Virus record (IMG/VR): IMGVR_UViG_3300025168_000060
Strand: one strand, 5' to 3'
Origin: an uncultured virus (IMG/VR IMGVR_UViG_3300025168_000060)
Lineage: Duplodnaviria > Heunggongvirae > Uroviricota > Caudoviricetes
DNA length: 64,000 nucleotides
The number at the start of each line of letters is the position of its first letter. Position 1 is the first letter of the stretch. The notes under the pieces are model-generated. The model was not told the DNA's origin. It was given only the letters and a program-made list of their open reading frames with translations, and ran no database searches. Shown here in pieces: positions 1 to 7,016 of the stretch. Both the position numbers and the translations under genes were made by a program.

Positions 1-896
1 TCATGGCCTATGCAAAGACTGGAACGGCAGAAAAGGTAACGGTACCACCTTTTGAAGATATACACAGACTATATGAAGACCAGGTCTTTCGTAATGTGAA
101 TGATGTGGCGACGGCACACACGGCCAGTGAGAAGGCCTTTTTAAACTATTTCGCACAGTTTGGTAAAAGTATTTCGTATTCAGGTGGTTGTGGTCAGAAT
201 TGTGTTATCAATGGTAGATTAAAGGAAAAAATTCCTGGTCTTGTCATAGGACCACATTGTCCGGATGATGGCTTATCGTTAGGTGCATTGAAGGTCATTG
301 CAGACTATAAAAATGAGAAACTGAGTATGAAAAATTTCCCATATATACAGGCAGACGAAGCACCTCAGGATGAACCTACGATAGAGACGATAAGAAAAGT
401 AAGTGACTTAATCAAAGACGGTAAAGTAGTTGCCTGGTATCAAGGTCATGGTGAGATAGGACCTCGTGCATTAGGTAATCGTTCTATACTATACTCGGCA
501 CAAGGTGAACGGCAACGTATTAATGATATTAAACAACGTGAAAGTTTTCGGCCTTTTGGTGCAAGTATACTCAATGGTTTTCAGGAGAAATATTATCATT
601 GTGATTTTGAAAGTCCGTATATGTTATATGTGGTACAAAATAAAACTCGTAACTTTCCGGCCGTCACACATGATGATAACTCTACACGCATCCATACAGT
701 AAAGAGTTCTCAGAATCCGTTGTTTCATACGTTACTCACGGAGTATGTGATTTCTACAGGCATACCGTTGATACTGAATACAAGTTTAAACATTAATGGC
801 AAACCTATTGCCTCAACAATCGCTGAGGCGGAACGCCTATATAATACAACAAGCATTGACGCTTTGTGTGTTGGAAATAGATTATGGATAAAATAA
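1..896 (+). CDS. Carbamoyltransferase (CmcH/NodU family), 5'-truncated by the window edge
   Basis: Motifs SGGCGQNCVIN, DDGLSLGA, GEIGPRALGNRSIL, KQRESFRPF, VTHDDNSTRIHTV and LILNTSLNINGKPI are typical of CmcH/NodU C-terminal domains. Confidence 0.9.
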   Translation, partial: MAYAKTGTAEKVTVPPFEDIHRLYEDQVFRNVNDVATAHTASEKAFLNYFAQFGKSISYSGGCGQNCVINGRLKEKIPGLVIGPHCPDDGLSLGALKVIADYKNEKLSMKNFPYIQADEAPQDEPTIETIRKVSDLIKDGKVVAWYQGHGEIGPRALGNRSILYSAQGERQRINDIKQRESFRPFGASILNGFQEKYYHCDFESPYMLYVVQNKTRNFPAVTHDDNSTRIHTVKSSQNPLFHTLLTEYVISTGIPLILNTSLNINGKPIASTIAEAERLYNTTSIDALCVGNRLWIK

Positions 897-1081
897 AAAA
901 TTTTAAAGTATTTACAAATGCAGGTAAACTCTTTGAGGGTACCAAAATCGCCATAGATGTAAATGAGATAATTACAATATATGAGGATACGTTAGAGAAG
1001 GGTACCAGATTATGGTCACCTCATAATGAATGGTCTGTACAGGAAAGTTTTGATGATGTAATGAGGATTATTAAAGAATGA
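884..1081 (+). CDS. Small hypothetical protein (65 aa), weakly FlbD-like
   Basis: Overlaps both neighbours in operon fashion; pattern IAIDVNEIITI...VQESFDDV. Confidence 0.6.
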   Translation: MDKIKNFKVFTNAGKLFEGTKIAIDVNEIITIYEDTLEKGTRLWSPHNEWSVQESFDDVMRIIKE

Positions 1082-1770
1082 ATTATTTTCCTACTACTAT
1101 CGTAGATAATTTTTTACCAGACCCAAACGCTGTACGAAACTTTGCTCTCTCAGATAAAATAGAATGGCATAGTGACGAAGATGGCAAATGGCCTGGTTCA
1201 AGGTCACAAATGTTATTTGAAGTAGATGAACCACTCTTTCAATTTATTATGGAAAGATACTTGTCTCACTTTTACAATAGAGACGATATGAACAAGGTGA
1301 CTTTTGTTTCACGGATGCAGTTTCAACGAGTAAGTGCAGAATATGATAAAGGTTGGATACATAGTGACCATCCTTTTATTTCTACCTTTATTCTATATCT
1401 AACACCGGATGCCAACCCTAAGTCAGGTACTGGTTTATACACAGCGAAGGATTTGTCAAGTGGTATAAAACATATTGATAAAAAATTTAATGCCTTTACA
1501 GCAGGAGAGAATGTTGAATCGTATAGAGAGGACCACAATGCACAATTCATACAAAATACTTTTGTGTCAAACGTCTATAATCGCTTGTTTAGTTTTGATA
1601 GTTCATTGTGGCACGGCGTTGAAGATTTTAAAAATGATGAAGACAGACTAACACTGGTTATGTTTTTACAAGAACTCACAGGACCGCCTAGTACATTACA
1701 ACGTACTCGTAGTATTCCTTTGTTACGAGATATACCACCAGGGCAAAAAATAGAGAGTAATATACTATAG
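1078..1770 (+). CDS. 2OG-Fe(II) oxygenase-like protein (DUF6445-type)
   Basis: IVDNFLPDP, WPGSR, GWIHSD (HxD), LYLTP, YNRL, distal WHG and R-LT. Confidence 0.8.
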   Translation: MNYFPTTIVDNFLPDPNAVRNFALSDKIEWHSDEDGKWPGSRSQMLFEVDEPLFQFIMERYLSHFYNRDDMNKVTFVSRMQFQRVSAEYDKGWIHSDHPFISTFILYLTPDANPKSGTGLYTAKDLSSGIKHIDKKFNAFTAGENVESYREDHNAQFIQNTFVSNVYNRLFSFDSSLWHGVEDFKNDEDRLTLVMFLQELTGPPSTLQRTRSIPLLRDIPPGQKIESNIL

Positions 1771-1775
1771 GTAGT

Positions 1776-1877
1776 ATGAAAAAGTTATACAGACATATTT
1801 GCCAAATCCTCATTTTTGGAGTATATATAGTATGCTGCCTTTTCAGACCACCAACTTATGATACTCCTGAAAGCTAA
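1776..1877 (+). CDS. Possible 33-aa hydrophobic peptide MKKLYRHICQILIFGVYIVCCLFRPPTYDTPES
   Basis: Hand-translated; fills the gap between neighbours; AGGT upstream. Confidence 0.35.
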   Translation: MKKLYRHICQILIFGVYIVCCLFRPPTYDTPES

Positions 1878-2223
1878 ACATATACAGTTTCCAGAATACC
1901 ACAAGGTGTATCACCTCAACATGCTAGGTAACTTCATAGACTATAGAAGAAAATCATCTACCAGTAGTCAGACAATGAGACTGGAGAGTTTGATGAAAGA
2001 CTTAGACTTGAATGGCATGACACACCCCATTATCGTATCATGGAATGCATACAATGTTTCCGTAGGTCACCAGAGAGTATGGTATGCCAAAGAAAAAGGT
2101 TATACACATATAGATTGTTACCATGTAGAAAATCAAACACAATGGGAACAAATATTTCAATATACACAATCAGATGAGTATTGGCAAAAGAACGAAGTCA
2201 ATAGTAGATATGCAGACCTCTAA
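1858..2223 (+). CDS. Stand-alone ParB/Srx-like domain protein
   Basis: SLMKDLDLNGMTHPIIV...GHQRVWYAKEKGYTHI matches the ParB N-terminal G(H)xR pattern. Confidence 0.6.
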   Translation: MILLKAKHIQFPEYHKVYHLNMLGNFIDYRRKSSTSSQTMRLESLMKDLDLNGMTHPIIVSWNAYNVSVGHQRVWYAKEKGYTHIDCYHVENQTQWEQIFQYTQSDEYWQKNEVNSRYADL

Positions 2224-2830
2224 TATACAAGTGATAGATGTACCCAATGGCACTCAACGTGTTTTAAAGTTTGGTGATAAACTCATACAAGGAAGAATGA
2301 ACAAAGACGGCTCGTTATCGCTAGATTATTTTAAACAACTCATGTATAGTTTTCGTCATGTAAGTGAAGTCAAAAAAATATGCATACTAGGTTTAGGTGC
2401 AGGTTGTTTACATAGACACATACACGAAAGATATCCTGATATACAAATTGATACAGTAGAAATATTACCAGAGATAGTACAAATCGCCAAAGAAAAATTT
2501 TATTTACCTGATGCTGTGAATGTCTATGTTGAGGATGCTCGAACTTGGATAAAAGATAAAACAACTTATACGGCATATGATAGTAATAGTAAAATAATAA
2601 AACCATATGATATTGTTATTGTAGATTTGTATAACGAAGACGAACAAATTTTTGTAGATGATAGAGACTTAAAACGATTAGGTAAATTAGTCGCTTATAA
2701 TTCTCTTATAAATAAAAACACATATGAAGGATATATGGTTCGCTTAAATGCCGTTTATAATAAAGTTTATGAACAGTTTAAACCAGAATTAAAAAGTGAA
2801 GAATATAATCATATAGCATTTTGTCAATGA
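2174..2830 (+). CDS. Spermidine-synthase-like class I SAM-dependent transferase (start may be 2210)
   Basis: ILGLGAG motif I, VEILPEIVQIAKEKF, EDAR, YDIVIVDLY. Confidence 0.8.
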   Translation: MSIGKRTKSIVDMQTSNIQVIDVPNGTQRVLKFGDKLIQGRMNKDGSLSLDYFKQLMYSFRHVSEVKKICILGLGAGCLHRHIHERYPDIQIDTVEILPEIVQIAKEKFYLPDAVNVYVEDARTWIKDKTTYTAYDSNSKIIKPYDIVIVDLYNEDEQIFVDDRDLKRLGKLVAYNSLINKNTYEGYMVRLNAVYNKVYEQFKPELKSEEYNHIAFCQ

Positions 2831-3174
2831 AAGAATTAAAAGCAAAAATTATTACCCACCCGGATAAACACCACATATTGCCACTAGAGGACATTACGTT
2901 TAAGTGGGATAAGGTTACCGGTAACTGGACAAATTTTGCAGATAGTCAAGGTATAAATTATCGTAAATTATTTGACAGCCTAGAAAAGAATGGTATGGAA
3001 CATCCTGTTATGGTTCGTAAAATCAATGAGCAATATCGTAAATGGCAGGCAGGTGGTCGTAGAATTATATGGGCAAAAATGCAAGGATATACACATATAT
3101 CCGCATACTTATTAAAAGAACAAGAGGAAGTGGATGCTATATATGCCGCTCAATATGATGAGACATATAAATAA
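2827..3174 (+). CDS. Second ParB/Srx-like domain protein, paralogue of 1858..2223
   Basis: SLEKNGMEHPVMV...GGRRIIWAKMQGYTHI; ATGA overlap with the upstream stop. Confidence 0.6.
   Translation: MKELKAKIITHPDKHHILPLEDITFKWDKVTGNWTNFADSQGINYRKLFDSLEKNGMEHPVMVRKINEQYRKWQAGGRRIIWAKMQGYTHISAYLLKEQEEVDAIYAAQYDETYK
3166..3173 (+). promoter_or_regulatory. T4-type late promoter upstream of the porin
   Basis: Exact TATAAATA. Confidence 0.65.
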
Positions 3175-3238
3175 TATGAGAGCTCTACATAAATCCTCAA
3201 GTCGAGGTTGATTAATCACATAAACTAAAGGAAAAAAT

Positions 3239-4108
3239 ATGTTATTAAGAACGATAGCATTAACGGTGGCGATACTGTGTATGTTTACATATGCAAATGC
3301 AGTAGAAATAAAACCGTACGGTGCTTTTAACTATAAATGGTCACATGATGAAAATTCAAGTGGCGTTGCATACGACAAATTAGAGAACAATGGCTCAAAC
3401 ATTGGTATTGATATTTCAGAACCAAGTTTAGAAGGTTCAACAATTGGTGCAGTTGCAAAGCTACAAGTTGGAATAGATGTTGATGATTCCGGTAGTGATA
3501 CTTTTGATTCACAGCTTGCTTACGTAGGCATAGTGAATAACGGTATAACATTATCTGTTGGTCGTCAATCACACCCATTCACAGACAACATTGGTGGTAA
3601 ATCATCTTCGTTTAATGTGTATGGTGGCGGTTCTGATTTTAATTATGCAAGCCGCTCATCAAACTCAATTGCCTTATCTAGTGATATGCTAGATGTTATG
3701 GCAGTGATAGATGGTTCATCTGGACAAGATGGCATTGATGAGTACGAAGTTACTTTATCTCATACAGTAATGGGTACAGATGTATCTATTGGTTACGCTG
3801 ATGATGTTGCAAACGATATCTCTTATTGGGGTGCCGGTGCAAGTACAAGTGTAGGTGATATTTCCATTGGTTCTTCATATACAGTATATGACGCTGCTAC
3901 AGACAAAGTAGGCATGGAAGCAACGATTGGTTGGAAAGCAATCACCGTTGGTTACGGAGATAAAGAAGGAACTGGTACATACATGACATACGGTCTAAGT
4001 CACAATATGACAGATAGTCTAACCGTCTATGCAGAAATGCAACAAGATGATTTAGATACTGGTGCTGACTTACAACACTATAGTGTAGGTACTAAGTTTA
4101 CATTTTAA
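3239..4108 (+). CDS. Gram-negative porin (outer-membrane beta-barrel)
   Basis: Sec signal ending ANA; N-terminal PYG; NNGSNIGI, LAYVGI, LSVGRQ; alternating beta-strand pattern; C-terminal YSVGTKFTF (BAM signal); AAGGA RBS. Confidence 0.85.
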   Translation: MLLRTIALTVAILCMFTYANAVEIKPYGAFNYKWSHDENSSGVAYDKLENNGSNIGIDISEPSLEGSTIGAVAKLQVGIDVDDSGSDTFDSQLAYVGIVNNGITLSVGRQSHPFTDNIGGKSSSFNVYGGGSDFNYASRSSNSIALSSDMLDVMAVIDGSSGQDGIDEYEVTLSHTVMGTDVSIGYADDVANDISYWGAGASTSVGDISIGSSYTVYDAATDKVGMEATIGWKAITVGYGDKEGTGTYMTYGLSHNMTDSLTVYAEMQQDDLDTGADLQHYSVGTKFTF

Positions 4109-4141
4109 CATAAATATAAAACACAACAAGGAGAAATTCTT

Positions 4142-4300
4142 ATGAATAAATGGATTAAAGACCACGGTGCTTTGAAAGACTACGGACTAATTATTTTAGC
4201 TGTTGCTCTTTTCACAGGTTTTGTGGCACCAATGTTAATCGTAAAATGGGGTTTAATTGCTTGGATTGCAAGTAACCTATGGAAACGATATAACTCATAA
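4142..4300 (+). CDS. Small membrane protein (52 aa), missing from the ORF track
   Basis: AGGAG RBS, CATAAATA at 4109-4116; MNKWIKDHGALKDYGLIILAVALFTGFVAPMLIVKWGLIAWIASNLWKRYNS. Confidence 0.75.
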   Translation: MNKWIKDHGALKDYGLIILAVALFTGFVAPMLIVKWGLIAWIASNLWKRYNS

Positions 4301-4312
4301 AAGAGGAATACT

Positions 4313-4492
4313 ATGATTAAGAAAATAATCTATGTACTAATAGTTATAGGTGCATTTTATCTTGGTCATCATTTTGGCGAAGACGCTGCTAACGCAATAG
4401 ATAGTATGCCTTTACCTAAGGTGACTATTGAAATGCCTGGTGACGAATTAGACAAACTTGAAGCAGAACTTCAAGCGGAAGAAAGTGAATAA
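4313..4492 (+). CDS. Small protein (59 aa) with N-terminal TM/signal segment and acidic tail, missing from the ORF track
   Basis: GAGGA RBS; MIKKIIYVLIVIGAFYLGHHFGEDAANAID...ELQAEESE. Confidence 0.75.
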   Translation: MIKKIIYVLIVIGAFYLGHHFGEDAANAIDSMPLPKVTIEMPGDELDKLEAELQAEESE

Positions 4493-4501
4493 CTAAAAAA
4501 T

Positions 4502-4527
4502 AAAACCCGGCTTCATGCCGGGTTTTT
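4502..4527. terminator. Bidirectional rho-independent terminator
   Basis: AAAACCCGGC-TTCAT-GCCGGGTTTTT between convergent operons. Confidence 0.9.
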
Positions 4528-4710
4528 CTATGAATAATAATCGTAACGTTGATACAAAATTTTTCTCAACCTTTGCCAAATCACTCTATCTAAAACTTGA
4601 TGACCTGTTCTAGGTTCTCTCAATGCTAAATCATCATACTTAAATTTTAACTTTACTAACTTAGCAAAACATTTACCTTTTATTTCTGTATTTGATTGAA
4701 TCTTGCCCAA
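4528..4710 (-). CDS. Hypothetical protein
   Basis: Last ORF of the minus-strand operon, ends at the terminator; TTG start uncertain. Confidence 0.5.
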   Translation of the reverse strand: MGKIQSNTEIKGKCFAKLVKLKFKYDDLALREPRTGHQVLDRVIWQRLRKILYQRYDYYS

Positions 4711-4910
4711 TGCATATTTCCTTCCGCATTTTCAAAGGTCACATCCTCATAGGTAATTGTCCCATCAGGAATCTTGTTTAAATCAACTTGCATAACAGAA
4801 GCATCATAATCGTCCGTGCAAGCAATTTGTATATTCTCAATCTTAGCGTCTCTCATTCTAAAAGACGTACCACGTCTCACTTCAACAGTATCACCTACTT
4901 TAATTATCAT
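4680..4910 (-). CDS. Hypothetical protein (SH3/KOW-like start IKVGDTVEV)
   Basis: TAATG coupling to the upstream gene. Confidence 0.65.
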   Translation of the reverse strand: MIIKVGDTVEVRRGTSFRMRDAKIENIQIACTDDYDASVMQVDLNKIPDGTITYEDVTFENAEGNMHWARFNQIQK

Positions 4911-5194
4911 TACTGACCTATACTTTCTGCAATTTCTATTTCTTTTGATACTGGTACATATGTCACATAAGTTTTAGTTTTAAATGTGAACATTGAATAT
5001 AATTTTTCGTGTAGATATTCAAAAGATTTTCTTCCAAAACCTGGTGTTCTAAATAACAGACCTTGTCTTTTTTCTAATAAGTTTTTCAAATCAATAATAT
5101 CACTTATATCTTTTTTTTCAATAAGATAATTAAGAGAATATATTACTCTTTTATTCGACATATTATCAATTAGTTTTTTTAATTCTTTATTCAT
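4910..5194 (-). CDS. RNA polymerase alpha-CTD-like (helix-hairpin-helix) protein, 94 aa
   Basis: LLFRTPGFGRKSFEYLHEKL resembles RpoA-CTD L(L/M)RTPNFGRKSLNEI; start at 5194 by TAATG coupling. Confidence 0.65.
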   Translation of the reverse strand: MNKELKKLIDNMSNKRVIYSLNYLIEKKDISDIIDLKNLLEKRQGLLFRTPGFGRKSFEYLHEKLYSMFTFKTKTYVTYVPVSKEIEIAESIGQ

Positions 5195-5472
5195 TACGCA
5201 GCCTCCATCATAGAGTAAGGCACACGCCATTTGCCACCAAGGTTGGTGTCTTTGATAACGGCCTTTTTAGGATTAAGTGTTACGATAACACCAGGTCTTT
5301 TACGACCATTAGGTCTACCAAAGAGAACATGGTCGCCAAGTTTAAATTCAGATTTAGAAGAAGACTTAGCTTCTTTAATAGCACACTCTAAAAGAAACAA
5401 AACACTTTTGTGTTCTGGATTTTTAATGTATTCTAGTATTAAGTCAAGGTTGTTAAATTCAAGTTTTTTCAT
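5194..5472 (-). CDS. Hypothetical protein with C-terminal SH3-like barrel
   Basis: AAAGGA RBS; FKLGDHVLF...GVIVTLNPKKAVI...WRVPYSMM. Confidence 0.7.
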   Translation of the reverse strand: MKKLEFNNLDLILEYIKNPEHKSVLFLLECAIKEAKSSSKSEFKLGDHVLFGRPNGRKRPGVIVTLNPKKAVIKDTNLGGKWRVPYSMMEAA

Positions 5473-5498
5473 AATATAGTCCTTTCGTTTCAGTTAAA

Positions 5499-5675
5499 TT
5501 AGGCTTCGTTCATAACGTTTTCTTCAACGTTAGACCAGTTAATGTCATAAACATTAGGGTAGAAGTTTTTCATAATCTCAACAAACTCTAATCTTTCATT
5601 AGTAGTTTTAAGATTAGCAAATGTTTTAAAGATGTTAAGTTTAGTCATATTGTTTTCTAATTCAGTTATATTCAT
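5499..5675 (-). CDS. Hypothetical early protein (58 aa), missing from the ORF track
   Basis: AAAGGA RBS directly downstream of a sigma70 promoter; MNITELENNMTKLNIFKTF...NVMNEA. Confidence 0.75.
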   Translation of the reverse strand: MNITELENNMTKLNIFKTFANLKTTNERLEFVEIMKNFYPNVYDINWSNVEENVMNEA

Positions 5676-5709
5676 AATGTATCCTTTTTGTTTTTGTTAT
5701 TATTCTTAT

Positions 5710-5738
5710 ACTATAAACTAATTTTAACCATTTGTAAA
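5710..5738 (-). promoter_or_regulatory. Sigma70-type early promoter
   Basis: TTTACA-N17-TATAGT on the minus strand. Confidence 0.75.
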
Positions 5739-5759
5739 GAAAAAAGACCACATTGCTTC

Positions 5760-5852
5760 AAATTAAAATGACTGTTTTTCAATAGGTTAGCAGATATGTA
5801 CAAATTAAATGTGTTGTATTTTTGCAACAACAGCAATGTTCGCTGGATGTTC
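5760..5852 (-). promoter_or_regulatory. Upstream regulatory cassette, copy 1 (LexA-type box, 18-bp palindrome, IHF-like site)
   Basis: GTTC-N7-GTTC at 5838-5852; TGTTGTATTTTTGCAACA at 5812-5829; TAACCTATTGAAA (minus) at 5777-5789; repeated at 63348-63430. Confidence 0.75.
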
Positions 5853-5878
5853 GCTGGTTTTTGTGTATAAAATAGCGT

Positions 5879-5886
5879 TATAAATA
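5879..5886 (+). promoter_or_regulatory. Late promoter
   Basis: TATAAATA before the small-gene/PAAR operon. Confidence 0.75.
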
Positions 5887-5914
5887 TACCATAATATAAT
5901 AAAAGGAGAATATT

Positions 5915-6058
5915 ATGGGATTTTTAAGTAAACTGTGGGAAAATTGGGGTAAAGGACTTAATGCAGGACCAGAGACAAAACCTGCAAAGAAAATAACAAC
6001 GATAAAAAAGAAAACTGTTAAGAAGAAAAAGAAAGCAGTTAAAAAAAAGGTAAAGTAA
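5915..6058 (+). CDS. Lys-rich basic peptide (47 aa), missing from the ORF track
   Basis: AAGGAG RBS; MGFLSKLWENWGKGLNAGPETKPAKKITTIKKKTVKKKKKAVKKKVK. Confidence 0.8.
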   Translation: MGFLSKLWENWGKGLNAGPETKPAKKITTIKKKTVKKKKKAVKKKVK

Positions 6059-6059
6059 A

Positions 6060-6152
6060 ATGGGAACATGTATAAATTGCGAACACGGATGCCATTGTAG
6101 TAGTGGCGGGTCTTGTCAATCATGTGAATGTGCAAACTGTGAGCATGGGTAA
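6060..6152 (+). CDS. Metallothionein-like Cys/His-rich peptide (30 aa), missing from the ORF track
   Basis: MGTCINCEHGCHCSSGGSCQSCECANCEHG: 8 Cys, 3 His; starts 1 nt after the upstream stop and couples by TAATG to the next gene. Confidence 0.7.
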   Translation: MGTCINCEHGCHCSSGGSCQSCECANCEHG

Positions 6153-6280
6153 TGGCATTAAGTAATAATAATTATAGACAAGGTCCTAAGAAACGTACCT
6201 CTATTGGTAATAGTTCTAGGTCTAAACCTAAGAACAAACATAAGAGAAGACAACACACACGAAGTCGTGGTCAAGGGTAA
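6152..6280 (+). CDS. Small Arg/Lys-rich protein ending RGQG (42 aa), missing from the ORF track
   Basis: MALSNNNYRQGPKKRTSIGNSSRSKPKNKHKRRQHTRSRGQG; TAATG coupling on both sides; a similar small gene is recalled next to PAAR/gp25 in marine T4-like phages. Confidence 0.75.
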   Translation: MALSNNNYRQGPKKRTSIGNSSRSKPKNKHKRRQHTRSRGQG

Positions 6281-6555
6281 TGCCTGCTTGTCAAAGAAAA
6301 GGTGATTCTAATTCTGCTGGTGGTAAAATAACTACTGTTACAAATCACAAAGTAAAAGCAAATGGTGAGTTAGTATCCGTTAATGGGTCTAAAGGAACAG
6401 GTCATGGCATAGGTATTCACGCTGCTAATGCTTGGGATACTGCTAATGGCAGTTCAACTGTTAGAGCAGGTGGTATTGCAGTTAATAGAACAGGTGATGC
6501 TGACACTTGTGCTCATGCAAGAGTAGGCGGATCTTCTAATGTAAATGTAGGGTAA
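6280..6555 (+). CDS. PAAR-like tail spike tip protein (T4 gp5.4-like)
   Basis: MPACQRKGD, GSSTVRAGGIAVNRTGD, CAH, GSSNVNVG; position before gp25. Confidence 0.9.
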   Translation: MPACQRKGDSNSAGGKITTVTNHKVKANGELVSVNGSKGTGHGIGIHAANAWDTANGSSTVRAGGIAVNRTGDADTCAHARVGGSSNVNVG

Positions 6556-6559
6556 CTGT

Positions 6560-6567
6560 TATAAATA
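6560..6567 (+). promoter_or_regulatory. Late promoter 5 nt before the gp25 ATG
   Basis: TATAAATA-GTCGT-ATG. Confidence 0.75.
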
Positions 6568-6572
6568 GTCGT

Positions 6573-7016
6573 ATGGCTATCTATCAACAAGGTTATACTG
6601 ACGCTCAACGTACTAATTCAAGTAATAGGTCTGTACGTCTATATAGAGACATTGCGTTATCCTTTGAAAAAAATAGTAATACACAAGATGTTATCGTAAA
6701 GAAAGATATAGAAGCAGTAAAACAATCAGTACGAAACCTGATACTCACAAATCACTTTGAGAGACCATTTCATCCTGAGATAGGGTCAAATGTTACCTCC
6801 ATATTATTTGAGCCAATGAATCCAATTACTGCCAATATACTACAACGAACAATTGCAGAATGTATAGAGAATTTTGAGCCAAGAGCCAGACTTGTTTCTG
6901 TCGTTGCAGAACCTAATTTAGATAGAAATGCTTATTCATGTACGATTGCTTTTTATGTGGTAAATATACCCGGTGAATTAGTACAATTAACAACCATGTT
7001 GGAGCGTAGCAGATAA
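6573..7016 (+). CDS. gp25: Baseplate wedge subunit gp25
   Basis: AVKQSVRNLILTNHFERPFHPEIGS, IENFEPRA. Confidence 0.93.
   Translation: MAIYQQGYTDAQRTNSSNRSVRLYRDIALSFEKNSNTQDVIVKKDIEAVKQSVRNLILTNHFERPFHPEIGSNVTSILFEPMNPITANILQRTIAECIENFEPRARLVSVVAEPNLDRNAYSCTIAFYVVNIPGELVQLTTMLERSR

Noticed and set aside
5878..6135. 85-aa Phe-rich minus-strand ORF in the track
   Set aside because: Reverse complement of the Lys-rich plus-strand peptide, which has the promoter and RBS
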